This document shows positions 39,735 to 49,016 of a DNA stretch of 64,000 bases, piece by piece (the first letter of the stretch is position 1; each line of letters opens with the position of its first letter). Where the stretch lies: the NCBI GenBank assembly GCA_003605115.1, contig QZKY01000016.1, positions 109,776 through 173,775 on the forward strand, given 5' to 3'. This stretch comes from Oxalobacter sp. (lineage in GTDB: Bacteria > Pseudomonadota > Gammaproteobacteria > Burkholderiales > Burkholderiaceae_D). The notes beneath the pieces are model-generated. The model was not told the origin of the DNA. It did not search any database and saw only the letters and a list, made by a program, of their open reading frames with translations. The position numbers and the translations under genes are program-made.

Positions 39735-40715
39735 TTACCTTGGGTTTCCATTCCCGTTGAACAGCTTGATGCGTGCCATGACTTGGCCGTGATCCGAGGC
39801 TTCCGGCATCTCCAGCGTAATGTGATCGTTGAAATAGTGTACTTCTTCTACCGCGCCGATGGCGTACCGGGAATCCGGGTTGAATTCTTCAGAAACCAGC
39901 ACGTGGTCTATGGTCTGAAAACGACCTTCGTGGATATCGGTGTAATTGACGCTCCCTTGCACTGCCTGGCGACGTGCAATGGCCGCGCTGTCGAACAAAC
40001 GTTCGTCAAATCCTTCGCGTCCGTGTTGTCCTGCGCCCATCACGATGCGGGTGGTGGTGGCGGTGATGACATCGTTGAAATCGCCCATGACCACGGCAGG
40101 GTCGCGGTTGCCTTCCAGAATTTTACCTAACAGCAGGCGCAAGCCCAGGGATTCCGTGCCGCGGCGCACCAGGGATCGCAAGGTAGCGATGCCGAGGTGA
40201 CGGTAATTGTCTTCATGTTCGCCCTGGAGATAATCGGGACGCTTGGATTTCAGATGTACGACGAAGGTATGCATCATCCGGTCGCCCGGTAGCATCAGGC
40301 GTGTGTGGAGCACCGGTCGGGTGAAGTGGGTGACCATCCGGCCATTGCCGGGGAGTGGGAAATGCAGGTCGCTCGGCAAGTCATTGTAAACGACCGGGTT
40401 GCCCGTGATGGGGAGGCGGGAAACCAACGCAACGCTGGGGGTGATACGCTCGACTTTCGTATCCGGATCAAATCCGGCGTGGTGAGCTTGTCGATAAAGC
40501 CGGGTTTTGGCGAGCACTTCTTTGAGCGCGGCTTGGGAAAATATTTCCTGGAAGCCAACAACATCCGCATCCATTAAATCAAGCTGGCGGGCAATCCATG
40601 TGGTTTTTGCATCATATTCCGCCCGCGTATAAGGCTCCATCTTTTCGTAGTATTTCACGCCCGGGAGGGCGAGGTTACATACGTTGAAGCTGGCGAAACG
40701 GATTTCCTTTGGCAT
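39735..40715 (-). CDS. endonuclease/exonuclease/phosphatase (EEP) family protein
   Basis: IRFASFNVCNL, DVVGFQEI, VVMGDFND and SDHGQVMA are EEP catalytic motifs. The start is ATG 40715 or 40733. Confidence 0.8.
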   Translation of the reverse strand: MPKEIRFASFNVCNLALPGVKYYEKMEPYTRAEYDAKTTWIARQLDLMDADVVGFQEIFSQAALKEVLAKTRLYRQAHHAGFDPDTKVERITPSVALVSRLPITGNPVVYNDLPSDLHFPLPGNGRMVTHFTRPVLHTRLMLPGDRMMHTFVVHLKSKRPDYLQGEHEDNYRHLGIATLRSLVRRGTESLGLRLLLGKILEGNRDPAVVMGDFNDVITATTTRIVMGAGQHGREGFDERLFDSAAIARRQAVQGSVNYTDIHEGRFQTIDHVLVSEEFNPDSRYAIGAVEEVHYFNDHITLEMPEASDHGQVMARIKLFNGNGNPR

Positions 40716-40784
40716 ATGTTGGTCTTCCTCCAATGACGGAATCAGCTTATCATGCTTCCTTCCAGAAATTCATGACACTCCCCA

Positions 40785-41399
40785 ATGAAACTTGCTTTAT
40801 CCGCCCTCTTTGTTGTGTTTGCCTACTTGATAGGTTCCATCTCCTTTGCTGTGGTTGTCAGCAAGCTGTCCGGACTGGCCGACCCGCGTACTTACGGCTC
40901 AAAGAATCCGGGTGCGACCAACGTGCTGCGTACCGGCAACAAAAAAGCCGCGCTGTTTACCCTGCTGGGAGATGCGGCCAAAGGCTGGATTGTCGTGTTC
41001 CTGATGCAGTGGTTCGGGCCCGCACACGGGTTTGGTACGGATGTGGTGGCGCTGGTGGCTTTGGCCGCTTTTGTGGGACATCTGTGGCCGATCTACACGC
41101 GCTTTGAAGGCGGCAAAGGGGTTGCGACGGCGCTGGGCATTTTGTTGGCGCTGAGTCCATGGCTGGGGCTTGCCGTGTTGGGCACCTGGTTACTGGTAGC
41201 CTATGTGTCCAAATACTCTTCTCTCGCGGCGATCATCGCTGCGCTGCTTTCGCCGATTTACTGCTTCCTGCTTTTTGGCACTGACCCTCGCACCATGACG
41301 GTGTTTGTGTTGAGTGTGTTGCTGCTGTGGCGGCATTCCTCCAACATCAAAAATCTGATTGAAGGCAAAGAGAGCAAGATTGGGAGCAAGAAGAAGTAG
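40785..41399 (+). CDS. plsY: glycerol-3-phosphate acyltransferase PlsY
   Basis: [14 protein letters not shown] and [14 protein letters not shown] motifs, with 5 TM helices. Confidence 0.9.
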   Translation: MKLALSALFVVFAYLIGSISFAVVVSKLSGLADPRTYGSKNPGATNVLRTGNKKAALFTLLGDAAKGWIVVFLMQWFGPAHGFGTDVVALVALAAFVGHLWPIYTRFEGGKGVATALGILLALSPWLGLAVLGTWLLVAYVSKYSSLAAIIAALLSPIYCFLLFGTDPRTMTVFVLSVLLLWRHSSNIKNLIEGKESKIGSKKK

Positions 41400-41445
41400 G
41401 CTTCATTCGGAGAGGTCACGTGCATTGCAGTATGCGAAGACGTCA

Positions 41446-41505
41446 GAAAATGGGGGGCAGCGTAAATTTCGCGGCAAGAAATAAAATTGCTGCCCTCTAT
41501 TTTTA
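41446..41505. repeat. REP-like palindromic element, family 1 (variant)
   Basis: GAAAATGGGGGGCAGCGTAAATTTCGCGGCAAGAAATAAAATTGCTGCCCTCTATTTTTA. Confidence 0.6.
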
Positions 41506-41536
41506 CGATGAAGAGGCAAAATAAAAAGCCTTTTGC

Positions 41537-42004
41537 TTAGTTGCTGCAATACTTTTCAACATCCCGCTGCGCAACACGACGATCATAGTCGTCGGTTTTT
41601 GCGCCATTGGAATGACCGACGGCGCCACTAAGAATGTCTCGCGCGAGGTTGCACCTGGATTGGTTCGTGTTGCCAGCCCTTCCGCCAGAAAGCGACTTGG
41701 GGCGGGTGCTGACGCGAGGCTCGTAATTTTTTTTGTTGTAATCCTCTTGTAGCTTGCGCTGTTTGCGCATCCTTTCCTGCTCCCCCCAATATGCCGCAGA
41801 ATCTTTCGGCGATTGCATGTGTTCAGGCTGCGAGCGCACATTCATTTTTACTGCATCGGATTTACATGCATCCTTCTTTTCAGAGTAATACGTGCGCTTG
41901 TTTTCATCCACGCATTTGTAAATTTGGGCGTGACTGACGGAAGTGATCAGCAACAAAAACAAGAACAGGCCTGACAGGTGTGGGGTAGTGGTGGGCGGGA
42001 ACAT
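41537..42004 (-). CDS. DUF4124-like secreted protein
   Basis: A signal peptide followed by IYKCVDENKRTYYSEKK, which is typical of DUF4124. Confidence 0.6.
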   Translation of the reverse strand: MFPPTTTPHLSGLFLFLLLITSVSHAQIYKCVDENKRTYYSEKKDACKSDAVKMNVRSQPEHMQSPKDSAAYWGEQERMRKQRKLQEDYNKKNYEPRVSTRPKSLSGGRAGNTNQSRCNLARDILSGAVGHSNGAKTDDYDRRVAQRDVEKYCSN

Positions 42005-42077
42005 GCTTGGGGTGGTTGGGTCAGGTGAAATGATGTGGTGCGGAGAGCGTCGATGGGTGTTGATGCGAGCGATGGTC

Positions 42078-42725
42078 TTACCTGGAATGTAGCAATTGAT
42101 GCGCTACCGCGTACTGGATGATTTCTGAAAGCGAATGCATCTGCATCTTTTGCATGATGCGCGTCTTGTGTGTGCTGACGGTTTTGACGGAGAGATGAAG
42201 CTGATCGCCAATTTCGGTGAGTGACTTGCCGCTGACCAGCAGGTTGAAAACCTCAAACTCACGATCGGAAAGCTGGGTGTGTGGCAGTTCCTTGTTTGGC
42301 GCCATGATGTTGAGCGCCAGTTGTTCGGCGACTTGCGTACTGATGTAGGGACGCCCCGTGGCAACACGGCGGATGGCATTGACGAGTTGCGTGCCCGCGC
42401 TTTCCTTGGTCAGGTAACCTTGCGCGCCAGCGCGGATAGAACGAACCGCGTACTGTTCTTCGTCGTGCATGGTCAGGATGAGCAAAGGCAATTTGGGCGC
42501 TTCGCTCTTGACTTGCCGTATCAGTTCGATCCCGTTTCGGCCGGGCATGGAAAGATCCATCAGCAGTATGTCAAAGCCGCCTTTGCGTACCCAGTCGATG
42601 GTTTCATAGCCGTTGGTGGCTTCACCGATCACGATGATGTCATCCACACCATCTAGGATGCGCTTCAGTCCTTCGCGCATGATGGTGTGATCGTCTGCGA
42701 TGACAATGCGGGTCGTCAACGTCAT
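42078..42725 (-). CDS. NarL/FixJ-family response regulator (REC + LuxR-type HTH), no cognate kinase adjacent
   Basis: The receiver domain shows IVIADDHTIMREG...ILLMDLSMPG. The C-terminal HTH is LSDREFEVFNLLVSGKSLTEIGDQLHLSVKTVSTHKTRIMQKM. Confidence 0.85.
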   Translation of the reverse strand: MTLTTRIVIADDHTIMREGLKRILDGVDDIIVIGEATNGYETIDWVRKGGFDILLMDLSMPGRNGIELIRQVKSEAPKLPLLILTMHDEEQYAVRSIRAGAQGYLTKESAGTQLVNAIRRVATGRPYISTQVAEQLALNIMAPNKELPHTQLSDREFEVFNLLVSGKSLTEIGDQLHLSVKTVSTHKTRIMQKMQMHSLSEIIQYAVAHQLLHSR

Positions 42726-42873
42726 AGTCCTCAGGGGGATGGGTGAAACATGACAGTCAGGCCATACACCCCGATTGTATACCGATAACTCTTGTAAATG
42801 CGCAAATTGTGTCTTTCACGCACGCTCTACGGTAGAATGCTTACAAGTAATTTAAGACAACACCCTGTCATCC

Positions 42874-44601
42874 ATGAGCGATACTTCAAACAAAAATACA
42901 AGTGCCCCCGCCTCGTCCAATTTTTTGCGGGCGATCATCGAAACTGATCTCAAAAGCGGCACTTACCAGCGACCGGGCTTGCCCTCCGTTATCACCCGCT
43001 TCCCCCCAGAACCCAATGGCTATTTGCATATCGGCCATGCGAAATCGATTTGCCTGAATTTTGGGCTGGCGCGCGATTATGCCGGTCGCTGCCACATGCG
43101 TTTTGATGACACCAACCCGACCAGGGAAGAGCAGGAATTCGTCGACACGATCCTCGACAGCGTGCAGTGGCTGGGGTTTACCTGGGAACACGGCGGTGAG
43201 GCACACCTGCATTACGCCAGCGACTATTTCGACAAGCTGTATGAAATGGCGGAATATTTGATTACCGCCGGCCACGCCTACGTGGATAGCCAAAGCGCCG
43301 AAGACATGGCGAAAAACCGCGGCAGCTTTTCCGAGTCGGGCAAGGCTTCACCGTATCGTGATCGTCCGGCTGCTGAATCGCTGGATCTGTTCCGCCGCAT
43401 GAAGGCGGGCGAATTCAAGGATGGCGAGCATGTGGTGCGCGCGAAGATCGACATGGCTTCCCCTAACATGAACATGCGCGATCCGGCGATTTTCCGTATC
43501 CGCCATGCGCACCACCATCGCACCGGCGAAAAATGGTGCGTTTATCCCATGTACGATTATGCGCATCCGATTTCAGACGCCATCGAAAACATCACGCATT
43601 CGATCTGCACGCTGGAGTTTCAGGATCACCGTCCGTTTTACGACTGGGTTCTGGAGCGCCTGGCCGAAGGTGGTTTCTTCAAGAAACCCGTACTGCCGCA
43701 TCAATACGAATTTGCGCGCCTGAACCTGACTTATGCGATCACCAGCAAGCGCCGACTGCTGCAAATGGTGGAAGAAGGCATTGTGTCCGGCTGGGACGAT
43801 CCGCGCCTGGCGACCATTGTCGGTATGCGTCGTCGCGGCTATACGCCGGAAGCGGTGCAGTTATTTTGCGAGCGCATTGGTGTCGCCAAAGCAGATGGCT
43901 GGATCGACATGAGCGTACTCGAAGGCAGCTTGCGCGATGATCTCGATCCCAAAGCGCCGCGTGCGGTGGCGGTGTTGCGGCCGCTGAAACTCATCATCGA
44001 CAATTTCCCAGAAGGCGAAACCGTCGAGTGTACCGCGCCGGTGCATCCGCATTTTCCCGAACGCGGCAATCGCGCTTTCCCGATCAGCAAGGAACTCTGG
44101 ATTGAGCAGGAAGATTTCATGGAAAGCCCGGTCAAGGGGTACTTCCGCCTTTTTCCTGGCAACCGGGTACGGCTACGCTATGGCTATGTGATCGAATGCA
44201 CGAGCGTGGACAAGGACGCCAATGGCAATGTTATTGCGATACATTGCAATTACTTCCCGGACAGCAAGAGCGGCACCGAAGGCAGTGCGAACTACAAGGT
44301 CAAGGGGAATATTCACTGGGTGAGCGTAGCGCATGCTGTCAAGGCAGAAGTACGCTTGTATGATCGTTTGTTCACGGATCCGCAACCCGATGCTGGGGGC
44401 AAAGATTTTCGTGCTGCGATCAACCCGCATTCCAGGGAAGTGATCACCGCATACCTGGAGCCGGGAATGGAAAAGGCCAGGAAGGAAGATCGGTTTCAGT
44501 TTGAACGTCATGGGTATTTTGTTGTGGATCGCGAAGATTCCCAACCGGGGCAACCCGTATTCAACCGGATCGTGACACTGCGCGATTCGTGGGCGAAGTA
44601 A
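42874..44601 (+). CDS. glnS: glutamine--tRNA ligase
   Basis: Class I HIGH region FPPEPNGYLHIGHAKS, a KMSKS-like ITSKRRL, and GlnRS anticodon-binding beta-barrels. Confidence 0.95.
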   Translation: MSDTSNKNTSAPASSNFLRAIIETDLKSGTYQRPGLPSVITRFPPEPNGYLHIGHAKSICLNFGLARDYAGRCHMRFDDTNPTREEQEFVDTILDSVQWLGFTWEHGGEAHLHYASDYFDKLYEMAEYLITAGHAYVDSQSAEDMAKNRGSFSESGKASPYRDRPAAESLDLFRRMKAGEFKDGEHVVRAKIDMASPNMNMRDPAIFRIRHAHHHRTGEKWCVYPMYDYAHPISDAIENITHSICTLEFQDHRPFYDWVLERLAEGGFFKKPVLPHQYEFARLNLTYAITSKRRLLQMVEEGIVSGWDDPRLATIVGMRRRGYTPEAVQLFCERIGVAKADGWIDMSVLEGSLRDDLDPKAPRAVAVLRPLKLIIDNFPEGETVECTAPVHPHFPERGNRAFPISKELWIEQEDFMESPVKGYFRLFPGNRVRLRYGYVIECTSVDKDANGNVIAIHCNYFPDSKSGTEGSANYKVKGNIHWVSVAHAVKAEVRLYDRLFTDPQPDAGGKDFRAAINPHSREVITAYLEPGMEKARKEDRFQFERHGYFVVDREDSQPGQPVFNRIVTLRDSWAK

Positions 44602-44652
44602 GTAGACACGCAAAGCTGAACATTGTCGCAACCCACAGGTCAGGAGGGCTGC

Positions 44653-45501
44653 ATGGCTGAAGAAGAAAGCAAACGCAGCATCGGTTCCTGGGTTCAGATA
44701 CTGAGTTCCGGGCAGCTTCCTGTTTTGCGGCAAACCGTTCGCAGTTTGACGGAAGCACGTGAGCGGATCAGCAGCATCAATGGCAGGGAAATCACCGAGA
44801 TCGTCATGCGTGACCCGCTGATGGCAGTGCGCGTGCTGGCGTATGTTCGACCGTATTATGCGAAGCGAAGATTGAAAGACATCGCCAACGTCGAACATGC
44901 TGTGATGATGCTGGGTGTGGAACCTTTCTTCAAGTATTTTGCGAATCTCCAGACCGTGGAAGACATGCTCAAGCCGTATCCGCAATCATTGGTGGGCTTG
45001 CTATACATTGTCCGACGTTCACAGCGGGCTGCGCGTTATGCTTTCGAATGGGCAGTGTGGCGGCGCACGGCGAACATCGAAGAAATTTACATGTCGGCCT
45101 TGCTGTACGATCTGGCCGAAATTTTGATGTGGTGCTACGCGCCGCAGCAGTCCTCCAAAATTTTGGCAATGCAGCGCGCCGATTCGACGCTGCGTAGCGC
45201 TGAGGCACAAGAGCAGATTTTTGGATTTAAAGTGATTGAATTGCAGCAGATGCTGTGCAAGACATGGCAATTGCCGGAACTCTTGCTCAGTCAGTTCAAC
45301 CCGGAACACAAGGATCACCCGCGTTTTCAGAACGTGAAATTGGCAGTCGATTTGGCGCGGCATTCCGCGCGGGGTTGGGATAACGCAGCTTTGCCGGACG
45401 ATTTTTCAGCCATTGAAAAACTGCTTAACATCAATCGAGAAATGCTGTTGTTCCGTCTCGGATTGCGCGACGCGCAGGGCAATGAAATTACGCCGTCATG
45501 A
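44653..45501 (+). CDS. HDOD domain-containing signalling protein
   Basis: AGGAGG RBS 6 nt before ATG 44653. HDOD-like blocks include EIVMRDPLMAVRVLAYV and VEHAVMMLGVEPF. Confidence 0.65.
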   Translation: MAEEESKRSIGSWVQILSSGQLPVLRQTVRSLTEARERISSINGREITEIVMRDPLMAVRVLAYVRPYYAKRRLKDIANVEHAVMMLGVEPFFKYFANLQTVEDMLKPYPQSLVGLLYIVRRSQRAARYAFEWAVWRRTANIEEIYMSALLYDLAEILMWCYAPQQSSKILAMQRADSTLRSAEAQEQIFGFKVIELQQMLCKTWQLPELLLSQFNPEHKDHPRFQNVKLAVDLARHSARGWDNAALPDDFSAIEKLLNINREMLLFRLGLRDAQGNEITPS

Positions 45502-45558
45502 TCAGGAATGATTGAGGGTTACAAAACTTTGAGACAATTTTGAAATGTTTCTGTTAAA

Positions 45559-45598
45559 CCCCCTTCCCCCTGCCAGGGGGAAGGTTGGGATGGGGGTG
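45559..45598. repeat. GC-rich REP-like element, family 2
   Basis: CCCCCTTCCCCCTGCCAGGGGGAAGGTTGGGATGGGGGTG. Confidence 0.6.
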
Positions 45599-45637
45599 CA
45601 CAGCATGTTCGAGAGTAGTGTATAAAATCTGGAGCGA

Positions 45638-45675
45638 CACCCCCACCCTAACCCTCCTCCTCATAAGGGGAGGGA
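45638..45675. repeat. GC-rich REP-like element, family 2 (inverted orientation)
   Basis: CACCCCCACCCTAACCCTCCTCCTCATAAGGGGAGGG is the inverse of the family-2 consensus. With 45559-45598 it forms an inverted pair. Confidence 0.6.
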
Positions 45676-45731
45676 ATAATTTTTAAGCCTTGCACAGATA
45701 TGTAATCATCAACAGATTAAAGGGTGATGTA

Positions 45732-46337
45732 ATGAAGCTATACTATTTCCCCGGCGCTTGTTCGCTGGCACCGCACATCGTCCTGCGCGAGACAGGGATA
45801 ACGCATGAAATAGAAAGAGTGGATTTGACGAATAAGGTCACGGAAACCGACGCGGATTTTCTGGGCATTAACCCAAAAGGATTTGTGCCAGCGCTTCAGC
45901 TTAACAACGGACAAATCCTGACGGAAGCGCAAGTGCTCGTGCAATATATCGCCGATCAGACACCGGACAAACATCTCGTTCCGCTGGCGGGCAGTCTGGC
46001 GCGCTATCGCGTGATGGAATGGTTGGGCTATATCGCTTCGGATTTGCAGAAAGGCTTTGCACCGCTCTTCAACCCTGACACCACGGACGTGACGCGCACG
46101 ACGGTACAGCTTAACCTCGCGCGGCAGTTCGATTATGTCGCCTCACATCTGGAAACTGCAGCGTATCTGGTAGGTGATCGTTATACGGTTGCTGACGCGT
46201 ATCTGTTCACGGTGCTTAATTGGGCAGACTACGTCGACATTGATTTGGCGGAATGGCCGGAACTGGTCGCTTATCAACAGCGCATCGCGCACCGCCCGGC
46301 GGTGCAGGCAGCGATGATGGCTGAAGGCTTGCTTTAA
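45732..46337 (+). CDS. gst: glutathione S-transferase (GstA/beta-class like)
   Basis: MKLYYFPGACSLAPHIVLRETG with the N-terminal Cys motif, followed by a C-terminal helical domain. Confidence 0.85.
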   Translation: MKLYYFPGACSLAPHIVLRETGITHEIERVDLTNKVTETDADFLGINPKGFVPALQLNNGQILTEAQVLVQYIADQTPDKHLVPLAGSLARYRVMEWLGYIASDLQKGFAPLFNPDTTDVTRTTVQLNLARQFDYVASHLETAAYLVGDRYTVADAYLFTVLNWADYVDIDLAEWPELVAYQQRIAHRPAVQAAMMAEGLL

Positions 46338-46675
46338 CAGCAGCGCGCTGAAAACTTTTTTCTTTTCTTGAGCCCTTACCGCTTGCGGGCATAACTCACG
46401 TCAGAAGTCTGGACAACAGGCAGATCGCGCCACGCTGACACCTTCTTCCTGCCAAAGCCGCCTGTTCAGCGCACATTTTTGCCATTTTTCCTTTCGCAGT
46501 CGAAATTCGTTCGATTGCACCCCGATGAAGCGCTGGACGCTCATTCACGCTTCATTTTTATCGTGAACCCCCTAATTTGCGCACACAATTGGTGCGAGAC
46601 GCCTCTTTTTGGGGTGGTACAGATATTGCCGTATGGAAAGTGAGGTTCACTCCACAAGGCAGCGAGGTTAGCAGG

Positions 46676-48967
46676 ATGTTTCAGCATTATTTGACGCTTC
46701 ATTCAACTCAGACGACGAATGAGGCTTTGGGCGATAACAAGTTAAGCGCACTCTTAGCGCAAGCGCTTGATGTTGATTCTGCCGAGCGAATAGCATTATT
46801 TGGGCGCTGGTGGTTTGATGCAGAAAGTGGTCAATTGGTTTTGTCGGCTTTTGCTGCAGGATTACTGGACGTTCACGCGGGCTTGCACCGCACTCCCGAG
46901 GCATGTTTCTCTCAAGTTGTTGCGGACGATGCGGGCATGCTGTCCGGGGTTCTGGAGCGTATGCGCAGGCAGGAAACGGTGATTGACAGTGTGGTTCGTG
47001 TCATCAATGAGCTGGATGGCATGCGGTGGTTGCGTGTGGTGTCTTTGCCGCGTGATCGTGAAATGCCAGGTGTTCGGCGCGGTATGTTGATTAACGTCAC
47101 TGCTGCGCAGCACGCGGCGATGCGTGAGCGACTGGGGTTTGAGTCGACACAATTCCTGGTCGGCGCACATTCCTCCAGCGAAGCGATCTCGATGGTAATT
47201 AAATCAGTTTGCGAGAACCTCGGCTGGGATTGGGGCGCATACTGGAACCTCGAAAAAAAATCATCTGGTCATTCGTATTTGGTTTGTCAGTATTACTGGC
47301 ACACACAGGGATTGGTGCTCGATGCATTCACGCATGATAGTTGCGCGTTGCAAGTCGATCCAGGAAACGGCTTGGTGGGACGTGTGTGGCAAACAGGGCG
47401 GGCAATGTGGGGTGACAGCGCTGTTTGCAGCGGTGATTGTTTGCGCAGTCAAAGTATCCATGCGAGCGGCCTGAGATCGGCTTACGCTTTTCCGGTGACT
47501 TATCTGACAGAGGACGGCCAGCAGCATAGCCCTGGTGTGCTGGAGTTTTGCAGCAGCTTGCCGCGGCAACGCGAAGCGCAATTACCGAATCTCTCAAATG
47601 CGATTGGTGCCCTGGTGGCACAAGCCTTGCAGCGGATAGAACAAACTGAAACCATTCGCAAGATGGCCCAGGTTGATGCGATGACCGGGTTGGCCAATCG
47701 CAGCCATTTTCATCAATTACTTGGCGCGGCCTGTCAACAAGCGCAAGGAGCAGGCGCGTCCTTTGGTGTGCTGTTCGTTGACTTGGATCGCTTCAAGCCC
47801 ATCAACGATGCTTATGGTCACGATGCTGGCAACATGGTGATTTTGGAATTTTCTCGACGCATGGCGAAATTGGTGCCAGAAGGCAGTCATGTCGGCAGGC
47901 TGGGCGGCGACGAGTTTGCGATACTGTCACCGCAGATTACAGCACAGTCGCAATTGGATGCCTTGGCGATTCAAGTTCTGGAAGCGGCGAGCCAAACTTT
48001 TTATCTTGGCCATCTTGAGTTGGCTGTTTCCGCCAGTATCGGCATCAGCGTCTTTCCAGAAAACGGCAAAACGCCACCAGAGCTTTTGCGCTGCGCTGAC
48101 GCGGCAATGTACCGCAGCAAAAATCACGGTCGCAGCAGCCACTGCTTTTATTCGAGCATGTCACCGACATTTCAACCCGGTATTGAGCAGCAGCTTGAGC
48201 TGGAAGCCGCACTGCATCAAGCATTGATGACAAACGAATTCTTTTTAGAATATCAGCCAGTCTTCGATTGTTTTGGTGAAAGCATGGTTGCAGTCGAAGC
48301 TTTGATTCGTTGGCGACGCGCCAGCGGAGAAGTCTTGCGTCCGGACACTTTCATTCCTGTTGCAGAACGAAGTCAGTTGATTGTCTTGATCGGGCGCTGG
48401 GTGATGCGGCAAGCCTGTCAGGATCTGGCAATTTTTCAGCGAGCAGGGTTTCGGGATTTACAGGTCAATATCAACATGGCGCCGGATGAGTTCATTCGAG
48501 AGCGCTTGCCTGACGATCTGATGGCTATCGTGAGGGAGGCTGGTGTCAAGCCGCGCCATGTCTGCCTGGAGTTGACGGAAAGCATGGCCATGCGTCAGTC
48601 CGACAAGGTTATTCCAGTGATGCGAGCGCTTCGTCAGAGCGGTTTTCACATCAGTTTGGATGATTTTGGCATGGGGCATTCATCCTTATCGCGCTTGAAG
48701 TCGTTGCCGATTACCTCTTTAAAAATTGATCGTTCCTTTGTTCGTGGGTTGCCGAACGATACAGGTGACTGTTCGATCGTGCGCGCAATTTTTGATCTTG
48801 GGAAGCATATGAAGTTGCAAGTGATAGCTGAAGGTGTCGAGAGCGATGCGCAATTCAGCTACCTAAGACAATTCGGCTACCCCTGGATGCAAGGATTCCT
48901 GTTGTCTCGTCCGATGCCTGCGGAATGTCTGCTGGAACTGTTCCCGGCCATTTCGGTGTCCTATTGA
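46676..48967 (+). CDS. PAS-like/GAF-GGDEF-EAL c-di-GMP turnover protein
   Basis: GGDEF (RLGGDEFAIL, no RxxD I-site) and EAL (VEALIRWRR ... DDFGMGHSSLSRL ... QGF). The N-terminal ~370 aa holds sensor domains. ATG 46676 is preferred over the track's TTG 46577. Confidence 0.85.
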   Translation: MFQHYLTLHSTQTTNEALGDNKLSALLAQALDVDSAERIALFGRWWFDAESGQLVLSAFAAGLLDVHAGLHRTPEACFSQVVADDAGMLSGVLERMRRQETVIDSVVRVINELDGMRWLRVVSLPRDREMPGVRRGMLINVTAAQHAAMRERLGFESTQFLVGAHSSSEAISMVIKSVCENLGWDWGAYWNLEKKSSGHSYLVCQYYWHTQGLVLDAFTHDSCALQVDPGNGLVGRVWQTGRAMWGDSAVCSGDCLRSQSIHASGLRSAYAFPVTYLTEDGQQHSPGVLEFCSSLPRQREAQLPNLSNAIGALVAQALQRIEQTETIRKMAQVDAMTGLANRSHFHQLLGAACQQAQGAGASFGVLFVDLDRFKPINDAYGHDAGNMVILEFSRRMAKLVPEGSHVGRLGGDEFAILSPQITAQSQLDALAIQVLEAASQTFYLGHLELAVSASIGISVFPENGKTPPELLRCADAAMYRSKNHGRSSHCFYSSMSPTFQPGIEQQLELEAALHQALMTNEFFLEYQPVFDCFGESMVAVEALIRWRRASGEVLRPDTFIPVAERSQLIVLIGRWVMRQACQDLAIFQRAGFRDLQVNINMAPDEFIRERLPDDLMAIVREAGVKPRHVCLELTESMAMRQSDKVIPVMRALRQSGFHISLDDFGMGHSSLSRLKSLPITSLKIDRSFVRGLPNDTGDCSIVRAIFDLGKHMKLQVIAEGVESDAQFSYLRQFGYPWMQGFLLSRPMPAECLLELFPAISVSY

Positions 48968-49016
48968 TTTCCAATTTTATTTATTCACCATTTTTCAATT
49001 TCTTAGTTTTCAATTT

